Of a stretch of DNA of 64,000 bases, positions 10,126-59,251 are shown piece by piece. The notes beneath the pieces were generated by a model that was not told the DNA's origin, searched no databases, and was given only the letters and a program-made list of their open reading frames with translations. Numbering within the stretch: position 1 is the stretch's first letter; each line of letters opens with the position of its first letter. The translations under genes were made by a program, and so were the position numbers. Source of the DNA: Chrysomallon squamiferum (lineage: Eukaryota; Animalia; Mollusca); contig CM022670.1 in assembly GCA_012295275.1 (NCBI GenBank), forward strand, positions 28,086,001-28,150,000. The letters are read 5' to 3'.

Positions 10126-13100
10126 GTAAGTTAACAACAAAAGTTATAATAACCTTTACCACTGTGAAATTTTAAAATAGAATATTTAATGAAAAGTTGT
10201 TTATTCTAGATGTCTTTATTTTTTTATTCTTTTAAAAAAAGAAAGAAACATGCAAATTAAAAAAACTGAATGTTTTTTCCATCAGAAACAAATTATGTGT
10301 ATTTAGTAAGTGTTTTGAATATTATTAATGCAGCAAGGACGTTTACTGAGATTGGTGAGAATAAGAAGGAAGAAATCTCGTTGGAGTTTGGTTCGCTACA
10401 TTGGAGCAGTCCTGCCTGTGGGACCAGCCAAACGCATCCGACTGCAGGTGAATCAATAAAAACACGTGTAAATTTTGTGTGTCTTTGAACGTGTTTGCTA
10501 ACAGACATCTGCTTATTTTACTGCTAACTGTAATTTCACATATATATCATTATATGGCATAATTGTTATAGAATGTTTTTTAACACTGTTTACTCAGGTT
10601 ATAGATTAGCAATGTTAAATATTTTAAATTTAAATTTTTTATGAGTCAGGTTTTTTTTTATTATTTCATTATTTCTGTACTGTTCTGTGTGTGGTTTTTA
10701 AAAAAAAAAAAAAAATTATTATTATTACTATTGTTTTTTTAGTTTTCCTCATATATTCAACATTATGTATATGTGTTTTCAGGTTCTTTAAAATGTGGGG
10801 GTAACTTTTTTGCTATGTTTTTGTTTTAACAATAGACCCGTCTCTTGGATAACCGTTTAACTCGCCATGGCAGCATTGAGAGTTTGATATCAACAGTTTC
10901 TTCTGAGACCTCTGAAGACCAGGAATTAGTGTGGATAGAGGAAGATCTTGGCGACAACATAGTCCAGTACAGGTGAATATTTGTGTGAAATTTAAAACAA
11001 GCTCTGTCTAGCTGTGTTTGAAAAAACAAAAGGAAACAACTTTGTGTACTTTTTTCAAGCATTAATGAGTTGTGTGCATGAACAAGATACACATTAAATT
11101 AATCAAATACAAAGTGATATCTCTTTGAGCAATTCAGAACTTGTATAGAATTAATATTATTTTTTGTTTGTTTTAGGGATTGTTTAACTTGTGTAAATTT
11201 ACAGGAACAAAAAATAGATATCACTTTGTATTTGATTAATTTAATGTGTATCTTGTTCATGCACACAATTCCGAACTTGTATAGAATTAATAACACTGCA
11301 AAAATGTCCCTATATACCATTTGCAGAATAATGGCCAATTGTTTTAAATGACCTGTTATTCCTGTTTAGTTCTTTGCTGCATTCAGTCTTTCAGATGATC
11401 ATTTCTTCTTTTTTTATTTTATTAAGGGCAGAGAATAGAGCCTTTTTAGAGGGTCAAGGTCTCACAGAGGAACTAGATGATGGAATGTTTGTGATTCATA
11501 AGAAGGCAATGACATCGACTCCAATTAACATGTCATTAGCATCATGTTCTACAGTGTCAATCGATCCTGCCACTGTGATGAAACTAACAGCAATGGAAGA
11601 AGAACTGGCAGAGCTGAGAAAGCAGATAGCACATCTAGTGATGTCTCAGGAAACTGTAAACAAATCAGTTAAAGGTGTGTGTCAATACAGTGAAGTGAAT
11701 ATGTTGATTCCTCTTATATCAGAAGAATGAGCTATGGCTATATTTTGTTCTTATTAAACTGAAACAAATTTGTGAGCCTTAGAGTCTAATTTAAGGTCTA
11801 AAGTATGAGAATATTTACATTTTCTCCATATTAAACTGAAGTAAATTGGTTGGTGGCTCTATATTAGAGTGAGTTGTAGCTATATTTTGCCCCTATTCAA
11901 TTGAAAGGAATTAGTTGATGGTCTTTATGTGGCCTGAAGAAAGAGCATGGCTGTATTGTGTCACTGTATAAAGAAAACATTTATTGTCCTTTTCTTTCCA
12001 TTCTAGTAAATGCTGAATATTAAAATACACTCTCAATATCAGTTTTCAGAAATACAAAATAAAAAGTTGCTGTGTATTATGCATTGACTCACAGATATCA
12101 ATGCTTTTATATATATATATATGTATATATACAGTATTTTTTATTATTATTATTATTATTATTTTTGTTTTATTTTAAGATGTATCAGATCAACATGTAA
12201 CGGTGTATCCTACTACTCCATCAATCCCACCACCTCCACCTCCTCCTCCTCCACCACCTCCACCTCCAGTTCATTCAGGAATACCAACTTTGAAAACAGG
12301 AGGCTTGTCTCTGGCAGATATGTTAAAGAAGGTGAGTTTAAAACAAATTTTTGTTCTTAATTTCCTTTATTCATAGTGAGAGAAAAAGAGATGACTGAGC
12401 TTGTATGTATGTATGTGATAACTTTAATACTTATTTTATATTCATCATGGTGATCATTTTTATAAATTATGTTGATCCACTTCAACCTGTTGTTAATTAA
12501 GCATGTTATTTCAGGGTAAAGAACACTTACAAACAGGTGAGAAGATGTCAGACACTGGCCCAGTTCACTCTGGACTTCCTGATATGTCACAGGTTCTGAA
12601 AGGCCTGAACAAAGTGAAACTTAAGTCTGTACAACGGTAGGACATGTTAATAATAAATATTTATTTAATAATAATATTACAAATTATATAATTAATATAC
12701 ACACACACTTAAAGAAAATAAAGAATGCTGAAAAAGAAAAAATGTTGTTTTAATTTTTAATTATTTTTCATTTTATTATTATTGATGCTGTTGTTGTTGT
12801 TATTATTGAATTTATTCTATTTATTTATTTCCATTTTGCTTTTGTCTTTTTTTTAATTTCTAATTCTATTTTTCTTTCTTTTATAAGAGGTATTTTGAAA
12901 TGTAAAATGTTAAATTTTGTTTGTTCCTGACTATGCACAGGTCACCAGGGGGAACACCATTTCGACAGAAGCCGGTGAAGGAGGGTAATGATCCTGCCTC
13001 TATCATAGCCGAGGCTCTGAAGAAGAAATTTGCTCACAGACAAGTTTTCAGTCCAGACAGAAACAAAGAAAATCAAGACAACTCATTCAGCTCTCCTGAA

Positions 13101-13771
13101 AGAAGTCCAGTCAAACTTGTGAGTTTCTGCCTATATTTATTTAGTTTACTAACATTACATACTGACAGGCCTGTGAGTTTACTAATATTACATATTGAAA
13201 TTTTAACTGTGAGACACACATACACACAATCTAAATTAATTTAAATAGATATTGATTTCTTTTGAGTCTCATTGCACTTTGTAATTACCTTAGCCAAATT
13301 AAATTTGATTAAATATTATTCTGTAATTTTAAGACAATTTTTAAGATAAATTCAAAACATTTTAAACATGTTAAATAATTGTCATGTAAATAGCTACGTT
13401 CTGTGACTGAATTATTAAACAACAGAGGTCTGTTTAAGTTTTTTACCCATTCCTGCCACTGTTCAAATGTTTGTCTGAAACAGTAGAGTTTTCCTGTCTG
13501 TGAGAAAGAAAAACAAAGATAAATTCCTGCTAAAATGGTAATTTTCTAGATTTTACCTTATGTTTTATTTATTCTCAAAATATTAGGTATATTCATAAAT
13601 ATTTCAAGATTTTTATTACTTATTTTAATTCATTTTTTAAATTCTTTTCTTTTGTTCTGTTGACAGTTTGGACAGCACATCCTGCGGAAGACCAACAAAA
13701 GATCGTCACTGGTAAATGACAGTACGCAGATTGTCTCTTGTGGCACTCCACTCCAACAACGCAACTGCTGA
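10039..13771 (+). CDS. MTFR2: Mitochondrial fission regulator (MTFR1/MTFR2/FAM54 family), 380 aa; MTFR2-like motifs
   Basis: join(10039..10125,10334..10447,10836..10972,11427..11674,12180..12331,12515..12636,12941..13118,13667..13771) = 1143 nt, all GT-AG and in phase. Family motifs: ILDYLG, SLVRYIGAVLP, coiled coil KLTAMEEELAELRKQIA, poly-Pro, LPDMSQVLKGLNKVKLKSVQRSPGGTP, DPASIIAEALKKKF, FGQHILRKT. Probably a single pro-ortholog of vertebrate MTFR1 and MTFR2. Confidence 0.92.
10334..10447 (+). CDS. MTFR2: MTFR coding exon 2
   Basis: QGRLLRLVRIRRKKSRWSLVRYIGAVLPVGPAKRIRLQ. Confidence 0.85.
10836..10972 (+). CDS. MTFR2: MTFR coding exon 3
   Basis: TRLLDNRLTRHGSIESLISTVSSETSEDQELVWIEEDLGDNIVQY. 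Confidence 0.85.
11427..11674 (+). CDS. MTFR2: MTFR coding exon 4 (coiled coil)
   Basis: AENRAF...KLTAMEEELAELRKQIAHLVMSQE...VK. Confidence 0.9.
12180..12331 (+). CDS. MTFR2: MTFR coding exon 5 (poly-proline)
   Basis: VSDQHVTVYPTTPSI-(P)n-VHSGIPTLKTGGLSLADMLKK; donor |gtgagt. Confidence 0.9.
12515..12636 (+). CDS. MTFR2: MTFR coding exon 6
   Basis: GKEHLQ...LPDMSQVLKGLNKVKLKSVQ. Confidence 0.9.
12941..13118 (+). CDS. MTFR2: MTFR coding exon 7
   Basis: SPGGTPFRQKPVKEGNDPASIIAEALKKKFAHRQ...SPVKL. Confidence 0.92.
13667..13771 (+). CDS. MTFR2: MTFR terminal coding exon
   Basis: FGQHILRKTNKRSSLVNDSTQIVSCGTPLQQRNC*. Confidence 0.88.
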   Translation, partial: FGQHILRKTNKRSSLVNDSTQIVSCGTPLQQRNC

Positions 13772-16700
13772 TGAAATCTTACACACACATTCCGGCAGTT
13801 CTCTGTTAAGGCATAAATGAAGCCTCACAGGAATGTTTGGGTTTTTTCATGATGTTACTTCAGGCAATATTTTGAAAGCTCAGATTTTTATTTTTATTTA
13901 TTTTTTTAATTATTTATTTAATATTAGGCATCAAGTATGCTTTTAAGTACCTAATCCACTAAATTTTGTAAGGAATGAAATAATCAGTGGTGATAAAAAA
14001 AATTATAAGTCATTATTAAAGTAACTTTTTAACTTAGTAACTGTGATAATTAGTTCACTTTCGTTTTCTGAAGAGTAATATTTGAACTAGAATCACTGTT
14101 GACTGTCAGGTCAAAATACATGTAGTGATATGATTTTAAAAAAATATATATATATATATATATTTTTTTTTTTTTTAAATGGAGGAGAATAAATGCTCAA
14201 CATTAAACACATTTAAAATGAGAAGAATGTGGTATATTTAAAAAACAGTTTTCACCAACAGTAACATTCTCATAAATAAATTTTCAGAATGTTAATGGAA
14301 AAAATCAGGCCTGACATCAAAGACAAGGACATTTTTAATTAGCTTTTTTAATTTTAATTATATATTTATTTAAATATGAATTTGAATAAAAACAATAATT
14401 CATTAAAGTGAACAGGTTTTTAATTTGATTCTTTGGTATGTTTTTTTTGGTTTGTTTGTTTATTTATTTTTTCAGATGCCAAAGACATATTGATGATAGA
14501 ACATTGTAATTTCTGACAGTGCTCATTTTATTGTATATAGATTGATGGTTTTGTTTTTACATCTTGTTTTTAATTGGTTTTATGATCTCCAGTATTTTAT
14601 GAAGAGACAGTTCTTGAAAACTATGTATTACATTTACCCATTACTGAAATCAAAAACTTAATAAAATAAAAAATTGTATATATACTTGTATTTGTAAATA
14701 AAAATGTTTTCCTACTCAGATTTTGTTTTTGGTTTTAATTAATATCAGTTATGTTCTCAAATGATGATCTTTGATTCAGTAATATATGTGTTTTTTAATA
14801 TTAATAATTACTATACATCAAGATTAGAGAAGGGTGTTACCTGATCTAAGTAAATGATCACACTTATAACAGATAATACCACAGTCTTACTCTGTAAGGG
14901 ATCTTTTATAAGTGCATTCCAACAGAATATACATAGTTCTCGCAGCCCACTGTTTGAGGTATAGCACCTTGAATCATCAATCATCTGAATAGTATCGCAC
15001 TAAAGTCATCAGAACATGCCTTAATATTGCTAGATAATTGAGCATTCACAAATTCCATTTTAATGAGTCACAAATTTCATTTTAAATTTATTCCTAAATG
15101 GAGAAACATTTACTTTTTATTTTTTCCCTTTTCATTATCTTTGGATACTGAACAGAAACTGAGCTCAATTTTATAACTGAAAATTCAGAAGACAGATCCA
15201 GTTCTGGTAATGACACTAGTTTTGAATTAAATTGCATTCTGTTTCTGTATCAAATATATCACTGGAAACAAAAATGTACAAAACGTTTCAGATGACTTCA
15301 AATAAGAAATGCCAACCCTCTAACAGCATTATGTACTGTAATGAATTAAAAAATAAATAACAAACAAACAAGCAATATTAAATTGGGTTTCTTTAATCTA
15401 TGTAAGTTGTACATAATCTGAAAAATAAATTGAAACCTAATCCACACTTCTTATATGGACTGTATGAAAAGTTGTATAAATTCAGTTAACAAATGGAACA
15501 GTAAGTAAAAACACAAATTATAAACAGATTTCTACTTTTCAAAGGGACAGAAAAAAAATAAAGCAACATCATTATAAGGGAAGGGAGACAATTCGACATA
15601 AAAATTTCAATGTAGAGGGATCTTCAAAACATTTCACATAATTTTATTCCACATGCACCCAGACATTAAAATGACATCGTTACACTATTTTTTTTAAAAT
15701 TCAGTCCTTTACCATATTCTCATGCTAGCAATGAAAGTTAGTGAAAATAATTTTTTTATATGTTGGTTATCATGAAACAATCCATTAAAAGACATATTAC
15801 CCCATTTTTGAAAAAATATTTGGGATGGAAGACATTTTACTTAATAATGAAAACCAGTTTAAATGTAAAGTATAAAAGTCATTTAATAATGAAACAGATT
15901 TAATGGTTACTAAGGATAAAAAATAAACTGGCTAACATCTCTGCAGTAATGTACTGATCATAGATGTTTTACTGCTGTTATCTGAAATAATATTATTATG
16001 GCAACCCTGATGTTTAAACTTACACAAAATCTTTCATAAGTATCAATCAGACAATAAGGAATACCCAGAAAATGTTATTTATGGAATAATAATTTCTAAA
16101 TATCAGGTGTTTGTAATAATAAAAGAAAAAAATCTTTTTAATTTTTTTTAAAGCCTATTTTCATCTAGAAAATTAACTTATTTTTATTATTTTTATTTTT
16201 ATTTAAAATTCCTGAAGGAAACAAAAGAAATGTTTATAACTTTAAGTCTTAATTCAGATTAGAAATCATTTATAAGCACATGTTTAGATCTTTATTTTCC
16301 ATAAAACCTATGATAAGCTTTGAAACTAAATAAATAAATAAATAAACCTTTATTTAGTGGTTTATTAGTGATTAATAAGAAATACAAATTTGTTTTAATC
16401 ACTATAAAGCTAAAAAATATGAAGTGTGTAAATATTTAATGTGAAAAATAAAAAGAAGATATAAAATAAGATAGACACAAATTGTAAATGTTTAAAGGTT
16501 GCTTGTAATAATGAAAAGTGAATTTTGTTCACAATGAAAACTAGAAACAGCTGTTTTGTAATGAAAAGCATAATTTTTATTGTATCTTTAGAGTAAATAA
16601 TATTTGTTTTTTTGAAATATTAAATGATATCAGTTTGCTTAATTGAGTCTTTATTTTCTTAACCTTAAAATAAATAAACAAATACAAAATTATAAAAATA

Positions 16701-17114
16701 CTCAAAAACATTGTGAAATGAAGTTTTATATCTAAATTTATGCTAATTTAGTTGATAGCCAACCTCTCATTAAGGATTTAAAAATCATAAAACGTAAGAC
16801 ATGATTATTATCATGCTGACATCTGGACTTTAAAAAATAAAATTATTTTATTATTTCTATCTCATCCCCAAATTAGTATCAAAATTAAAAATCATGCACA
16901 TGACATCTGAAGAAGCTCAACAAAATAACACTACTAAAATCTAATGTCTGACATCACATAAAGGATAAAAATTTGTAAAAAAACCCCAACAAAGTGATAG
17001 TTTCTATAAAAGTGTTTTTACATAAAATGATCATTACTGTAACATTACACAAATCCTTTTGATACACATACTCAAGCTGTATTTGCAGACAAGAATCAGT
17101 GATGATAATTTGGT

Positions 17115-17640
17115 ATATAGTGACTGGAATCACTAATGTTAATTTGGTACATAATGAGAGCAATCAATGTTAATTTGGGTCATAGAGACAGGGATTACTA
17201 ATGTTAATTTGGAATACAGTGACTGGAATCACTATTGTTAATATGATTGATAGTGACTTTAATCATCATTGTTCATTTTTTTCTTAGTGACCTTAATCAC
17301 TGTTAATTTGATTCATTGTGACTTTAATTGTTAATGTTAATTTGGTTCATAGTAGCAAGAGATCACTAGTTTCAAATAGGATCACAGTGACAAAGGGTCC
17401 TATGTGGTAAAATTAATCTCAGTTTAAAGAATATCATAGTGAGTAACATATTGATTAAAGCCACAGTATTCACTACTGTTAAACATGGATTTCTGTACAT
17501 GTAAATAAAATCACAGTGACAGTGAGTCACTAATGGTAATTATGGATTTCAGTAACAAGTCACTCTGTTAAATATTTATCACAGTGAAAGTCACTTATGT
17601 CATATTTGGATTTTAGTGATAGCAGTCACTATCTGTAGCA
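17115..17640. repeat. Degenerate minisatellite, unit about 35-40 bp
   Basis: Recurring agtgactggaatcactaatgttaatttgg variants. Confidence 0.65.
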
Positions 17641-20096
17641 CTATGACCTAAGTAAATGTCTACTATATTTTATTGATGAATCCAAATTTGTACTGAAACA
17701 CAATATTATAAACCTAACTATTTGGAATTCATTGAAATCTGTTTCTAATATCACAACTGAAACAAAACAAATATTAAAAAAATAATAATAATTAAAACAA
17801 ATGCCATTTTTGAACTGGGTTAGGAATCAGACTCACAGAAGTAAAGAAATTTATAATAAATATCTTTTCTGAATTTGGATCACACATACTAATATTTTTT
17901 TCAAATATATTTCAATTCTGATCCAGCAAAGATATAAAAAATTATTTCAGATATGACTTCAGAAAAAGTATCAAGTTATTAAAATTGTTATAACAATACA
18001 AAATTGTGAAAATCTATGATGATGAATGCACCTTTATATATAACATTACAAAAAATGATAATATATGAATGAACCTTCAGTTAAATTGGACAGTAAAAAT
18101 ATGAACAAGTATGACATTTAAAACTGATTCTTTGAGAAGTGTTAAAGTATTTTAATACAGTTGTAGCCATTGTCACAACCACAGAAACACACAACACAGC
18201 ACTTAACATAGACCAGAAATCCTTTTATACTAATACTTTGCTTAGAATGCCGATAGCATAGTTCAAAGATGTTTTTCTTAGAAATCTTAGTGCTATCTGT
18301 TAGTTAAGTAGATGAAAAATTATAGTTTTTGTTCTAAACACTGGAGAAAATTGAGTGATAAACTGGAAATATTTTTAAAGATTTTTGTAGATTGTGAAAC
18401 GTTAACAGGCTTTAATTTTTTCTCTTGTGAATAAAAATATTTTTTTAGTAAAACTTGTAGATTTGATGGCTATAGTAAATTATTATTATTATTAATATAA
18501 TTAATGTTATTATTATTAGATTATTGATGACGGAAATAATTTAATGTTTTCACTTAACACATATATTTAACAAAACATCAGAGGAATCATGGACCACACT
18601 CGCACCCATGACAGCTACTTAAACACCAATCAGCTTGAGTTCTGTGGTATCACAAAGTGTTGATGTCATTTAAAAGAATTAACAAAATATCACCTAATAT
18701 GAAGAAATAAAACAATAAAAACCTGAAGAATTAATCATTAAAAAATAATAATAAATAAAAATAAATATATATATAAATAAATAAATAAATAAATCAAATA
18801 AAAATGTATAACCGAAAACAAAAAAGAGATACATGTATATTTTTCACAATTATTTCAAATTATTATTATTTTTCTGTTACTTTAATAAATAAGAATTCAT
18901 TCATTTAACATAAATGTGTAGACAAACAAAGTTAAAGATTCACTAACTATGGTTGTTCTTTTCTTTTCTTCTTTTTTTTACATCATTTACAAGCTAATGA
19001 AAATAAACCACACTGATTACAGAAATTAACTGACAGAGGAAAACACATTTTCTTTTGACAATTTAATTAAAGATATGTAAATTTAAGCCTCAATAAAATA
19101 AAATAAAAATATATATATTTATATTTATATATACATAATCAATTTTTAAAGTTATAATATTAATAATAATAATAATGAACACAACATTAGATATATGCTA
19201 TATTTTTATGCTTCTGAAACTTAAATATATTTTTTTCTCTCACATTTTTATTATGATTTAAAATAAAAAAGACAGTAATTATAAAATATGCTTGTGTTAA
19301 ATGGCAATTGTGGTTTTCTAAATAAAACAAAAACTATAATAATCATTCTGTTTGGATTTCATAAAACCAAAGAGGCAAAACTGACACATAATATAACATG
19401 TGGTTAAACTGATATGGATGGGATGATGAAACAAGGATTATAACACTGGGGATGATGGGATGAAAACAAATAAATAGTGAATGCATAAAAAAAACACCTG
19501 AGTTCAAATATACTGCATCTTTCTGTCTCCTGTCACATGACAACAGTCCTGGGCATAAATTATCTCCCATTTAGGAACTTTTTGAAAATACATGGAAACT
19601 TTTTTTTTGAAATGGGCTTTTTGTTTTTAAGAAAAGAAAGAGAAAAATATTGAAATACTACAAAAATTCTGTTTGTTATTGATTTTCTTTAGTATTCTCA
19701 AAGTTTTAGATAATAATAATTTTCGGTTGTTGTTTGTTTTATCATTTTTAAATTGTTTTTTTATTTATTTTCTTAGTTTTTAAATCTTGATGAGTTATGG
19801 ATTTATTTTAGGATATATATTTTTCAAAGTATTTATATATATTGTTATAAGTGTAATGAAATCATTTGATTTTAGATAAAATACATTTCTAACAACTTTC
19901 TTTCACACTAACAATAAAATGTAATTATATCAATATGAATCTAAAATTAGGTATGTCCATTTGAAAGAACAACATAATAATTTAAAAAGACTTCACTATA
20001 AAAGTTAAGTTTCATTTATCATTTCAATTAAATGCCCACTGTTCATTGTCCTGTAACCTTGTCCTGTAACCTTGCCTATAACCTTGACCTTTTATG

Positions 20097-54772
<34,676 letters not shown>

Positions 54773-55164
54773 CTGTAACAGAACCTTCCTTTAGTTTTTA
54801 CAGTAAACAGAATCTACTAAAATATACTTTTAATAACACAAAAATAACTGTCAGAAAAGAGTTTTGTTCTCATCATGACAGATCTTGTAATAAAACCTTC
54901 CTTTAGTTTTTATTTAAAAAAATCACCAGAAATGACTGCTATGTATGCATTAGTACATGTTCATAATTAAACAAATATCAGTGAATCAGCAGTGTATGTA
55001 AGTATTATTATTTTCAAAAATGGCTTAATAGTCTTATTCAGTCATGGGTGTTTGTTAAGTATTCTGATGTGATGCATATTCAAATTTTCCATTCATTCAC
55101 TTTATGTTTCATTCCACAAACAGACAAATACACACTGTGGCCTATGATCACCGCGTTGTGTTAT

Positions 55165-55975
55165 ATGTATTCTGTATTAGATGACTGTATTCTGTATCAG
55201 ATGACTGTATTTTGTCTAATGTATTCTCTATTAGATGACTGTATTCTGTATCAGATGACTGTATTTTGTCTAATGTATTCTGTATTAGATGACTGTATTC
55301 TGTATCAGATGACTGTATTTTGTCTAATGTATTCTGTATTAGATGACTGTATTTTGTCTAATGACTGTATTTTGTCTAATATATTTTGTATTAGGTGACT
55401 GTATTTTGTCTAATGTATTCCTGTATTAGATGAACTGTATTTTGTCTAATGTATTCTGTATTAGATGACTGTATTTTGTCTAATGTATTCTGTATTAGAT
55501 GACTGTGTTTTGTCTAATGTATTCTGTATTAGATGACATGTTGTCTAATGTATTTTGTCTTACATATTTTGTATTAGGTGACTGTATTTTGTCTAATGTA
55601 TTCTGTATTAGGTGACTGTATTTTGTCTAATGTATTCTGTATTAGATGACTGTATTTTGTCTAATGTATTCTGTATTAGATGACTGTATTTTGTCTAATG
55701 TATTCTGTATTAGGTTACTGTATTTTGTCTAATGTATTTTGTGTTAGGTGACTATTTTGTCTAATGTATTCTGTATTAGGTGACTGACTGTATTTTGTCT
55801 AATGTATTCTGTATTAGGTGACATGTTGTCTAATGTATTTTGTCTTACATATTTTGTATTAGGTGACTGTATTTTGTCTAATGTATTTTGTATTTTGTGA
55901 TTGTATTTTGTCTAATGTATTTTGTAATAGGGCTGTATTTTGTTTAATGTATTTTGTATTAGGTGACTGTATTTA
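55165..55975. repeat. Satellite/minisatellite array, basic unit about 34 bp
   Basis: (gatgactgtattttgtctaatgtattctgtatta)n, with internal subrepeats and longer variant units at the left end. Confidence 0.9.
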
Positions 55976-56219
55976 TTTTATTTTGTTGTATTTATTTCAT
56001 TTTATATTACATTGTATTGTAAGTATTTATTTTATATTATTATTTATATTAATTTATATCACATTATTATAACTTTTTTTTAATTCTGTACCATGACCAT
56101 TTTTATTTATTTTGTATTAACACTTTTATTTTTTATTGTTTTATTATTCCTTTTATTAATTTGTTATTATTGTATTTTTATTTTTTTATTTTGGTATTTT
56201 CCTTTCATGTATTTTTCAT

Positions 56220-56258
<39 letters not shown>

Positions 56259-58699
56259 TTATTATTATTATTAATTATTATTATTATTAATTATTATTAT
56301 TATTATTATTATTAATTAATTAATTTTATTTATTTATTTACATTAAATGTAATTTCATTTAATTTTATTTAAGATGAAGATCACAATTAAGTCAGATTTA
56401 TTATCAATGGCTTCTCTCAATTCAACACTGATGACTTTCTTGTTCTGCTGTTATGACATTTTCTCACAGTAACATCAACAACCTCGAGTCTGAGTACAGA
56501 AACATGTCAGCCTGCTGTAACACACCACTGTTTGGAGCAAGCAGTGCAGTTTTAATATACACCAATCAATACCTGGCCTTATTGCATGCTCATGAATGAG
56601 TTAAATTCCCAGATGTGTAGAAAAATGGGTGTTGTAAAAATTAAAATTAAAACATGGCAAAATAATATATATGAACAGACAACAGAGGTGACTGCAAGAA
56701 ATAAATAACAGAATTAAATAGAGAAATGAAATTAATAGAAAAAAAATGAAATTAAAAAAAAAAAAAAAAGAGCGAGAGAAATGAATATAAATAAGAAAAT
56801 TAATATTAAAAAATTATATTAAGTAAACTCAATTATAGAAATTAAAAAAAAAGGAATATTTAAAAAAAAGAATTGAAATTAAATAAACGAAATGAAATAA
56901 TGTAATTAAATTAAATGTAATTAAATAATGAAATTAAATTAAATAATATAATTAAATGGATAATAAAATTAACAATAATAAAATTAGAGTAAAACAAAAT
57001 TAAATAATATTATTAAATACAAAAATGGAACTAAAAAAGAAAACAAAATAAAGAAATGAAACTTAAATATCAAATGAATACCTTTATAAATAAAAACAGA
57101 GAATGAAACTCAAAATGAAATAAGAAAAAAACAGAACAAAAACAAACAAAAAAGATCAATGTTATGGTAAATAATTAAATAAAGAAAGAGAAAACCTGAA
57201 TAACAAATTTTAAAAGAAATTAAAAAGTCAGTAACAAATCAGTTATAGAAAATGAGTCAGTGTGAATGAGGCTTTATTACTCTGTTTGGAAATTACATTC
57301 TTGAAAATAAACTTTATTTATTATTATCTTATTTTATTACTGTTATTCTTAAATTTAATATAATTTTATAAGTTTTATAAAATGTGCTGGTAGTACTTAT
57401 CAGTTATTGTTTTACTTATATTTACAGTCACAATTAAAAAATGTATATGTGTTTGATACTGTCATTACATGAAAACAAAATTGTGCATGAAAGACCATTT
57501 TTCAATACAGCAATCCATAACATATTTTAGAAAAACACACAAAAATCCCACAATTAAATAAAAAAATAATAATAATACAAAAAAAGAATTTCAATAATAG
57601 AATTATCATCTGAATAAATAATTAAGTAAATAAATAAATATCCCACAAACAACATTTTCTTCATAAAACTACCAGTAATAATTAAAAAAAAGTTTTCCAT
57701 TTAGTCACCATCTTTTAAAAAATATTTTCAGTGCAATCACTATCTACAAAATAAATTTTATATACACAATCACCATGATGGACACACCAAAACATTTATC
57801 AATACAAAACACTGCAATCTGTACATTAAAAAAATCACTATCTACACCTGTATGTAAAAAAATCACTATCTAAACCTTCATGTAAAAAAATCACTATCTA
57901 CACCTATATGGACCACCTGTATTCTCTGCATGTGATATAACTGGTGTGAAAAGTTTAAGTTTTATGTCTGAGTGTTACACTTACAGCCAGTGAACGATGG
58001 GCAAACACAAGATAAGTTGTATTAAATTCAGTGGATCATTTTCACTGTCAAGGCCAGCAATGTTTATAATCAGCAATAGCATCAGTCAGCTCCTTCAGTG
58101 CAAACATGACCTCTTTTAGAAGTACAGGGGGAGGGGGGGAAATGATGGTAAGAAGTAAGGAATGAAGAAAGGAATGAAGAAACAAATGAAGGAAGGACAG
58201 AACTGTTGTAGGAATGAAGGAAAGAAAGGAAGAAAAAATAAAATGGCAGTAGAAATAAATTTATCCAGTGTAAATACGATCTGTTTTAGGAGTGTGTAGG
58301 AATAAGGTAAATGAAGGAACTAAGAAGGAATTAAAAAACAGAAGGAAGAAATCAATAATAAGATCTTCCACCATAAACATGGCCTGTTTCAGGAAATGAA
58401 GGAACAAATAAGAAATAAAGTGAGAAAGAAAAGAAGGAAGTAAGGAAGTACAGAACAAATCAATGATGATGAATAATTATTTGTTTAAAGACAACCATTC
58501 ATCTGATTTTAACAGTTTATCAGGTTTCAGTTACATTTCTTCCACAATGGTAACACGTGATAGGATATCTACAGTCATCATATCTTAATCTTATTGCTTA
58601 GCAGCAAGAAATCGTTCATATTTGCCTTCCCATGGAATCCACACAGATCAGATAAGACAGAGCATTTTATCACTTGTCACATATCAGATATTTTTTAAA

Positions 58700-58800
58700 T
58701 AATTGTATTATCAGAGAAGAAACCTACTGCCATCTTATCACAAGTTACTCTTACTGATTAGCAGGAAGTGATGTTTATGTGTACCTTTCCATAACAAAGC
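58700..58800 (-). mobile_element. Degenerate SINE-like copy (partial)
   Basis: agagaagaaacctactgcc..gttactcttactgattagcaggaagtgatgtttatgtgtacctttccata. Confidence 0.5.
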
Positions 58801-59251
58801 ATTTAACTAATAGAAACCATCTGAAGTTAGAGGTATTTGGCCATAAGATGCACTCTAACCTGCCACATCTATTAACAACTACAATGATTTATGTATCAAA
58901 AGTCTGAGTTCAAATTCTGAAAAAACATGATAAAGTCATTTAGTTGATTTCCAAATTATTTATTTTGTTTTGTTGCTGTTTGTTGGGTTGTTGTTAGTTT
59001 TTTTTCTTGGTTTCGGGTTTGTTTTTATTATTATTTTTTATTATTTATTTATTTTCTTTATTTCTTTATTTTTTTTTTTTTTTTTTTTCTTTAAATTTGT
59101 TTGTTTGTTTTTAGGTTTTATTTTTTTTATGGAGGTTGTTAAACAGTTACTTGGCACTTGTTGCAGGCCAATTAGAGAAACAACACATGCTGTAGTGGCA
59201 GTAAGTACAGTCAAAATATTCCACAGGATTTAACAAGTGCATCTGCAGTAT

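Noticed and set aside
55048-55975. ORFs in the 34-bp array, or a CRISPR-like array
   Set aside because: Head-to-tail satellite without spacers.
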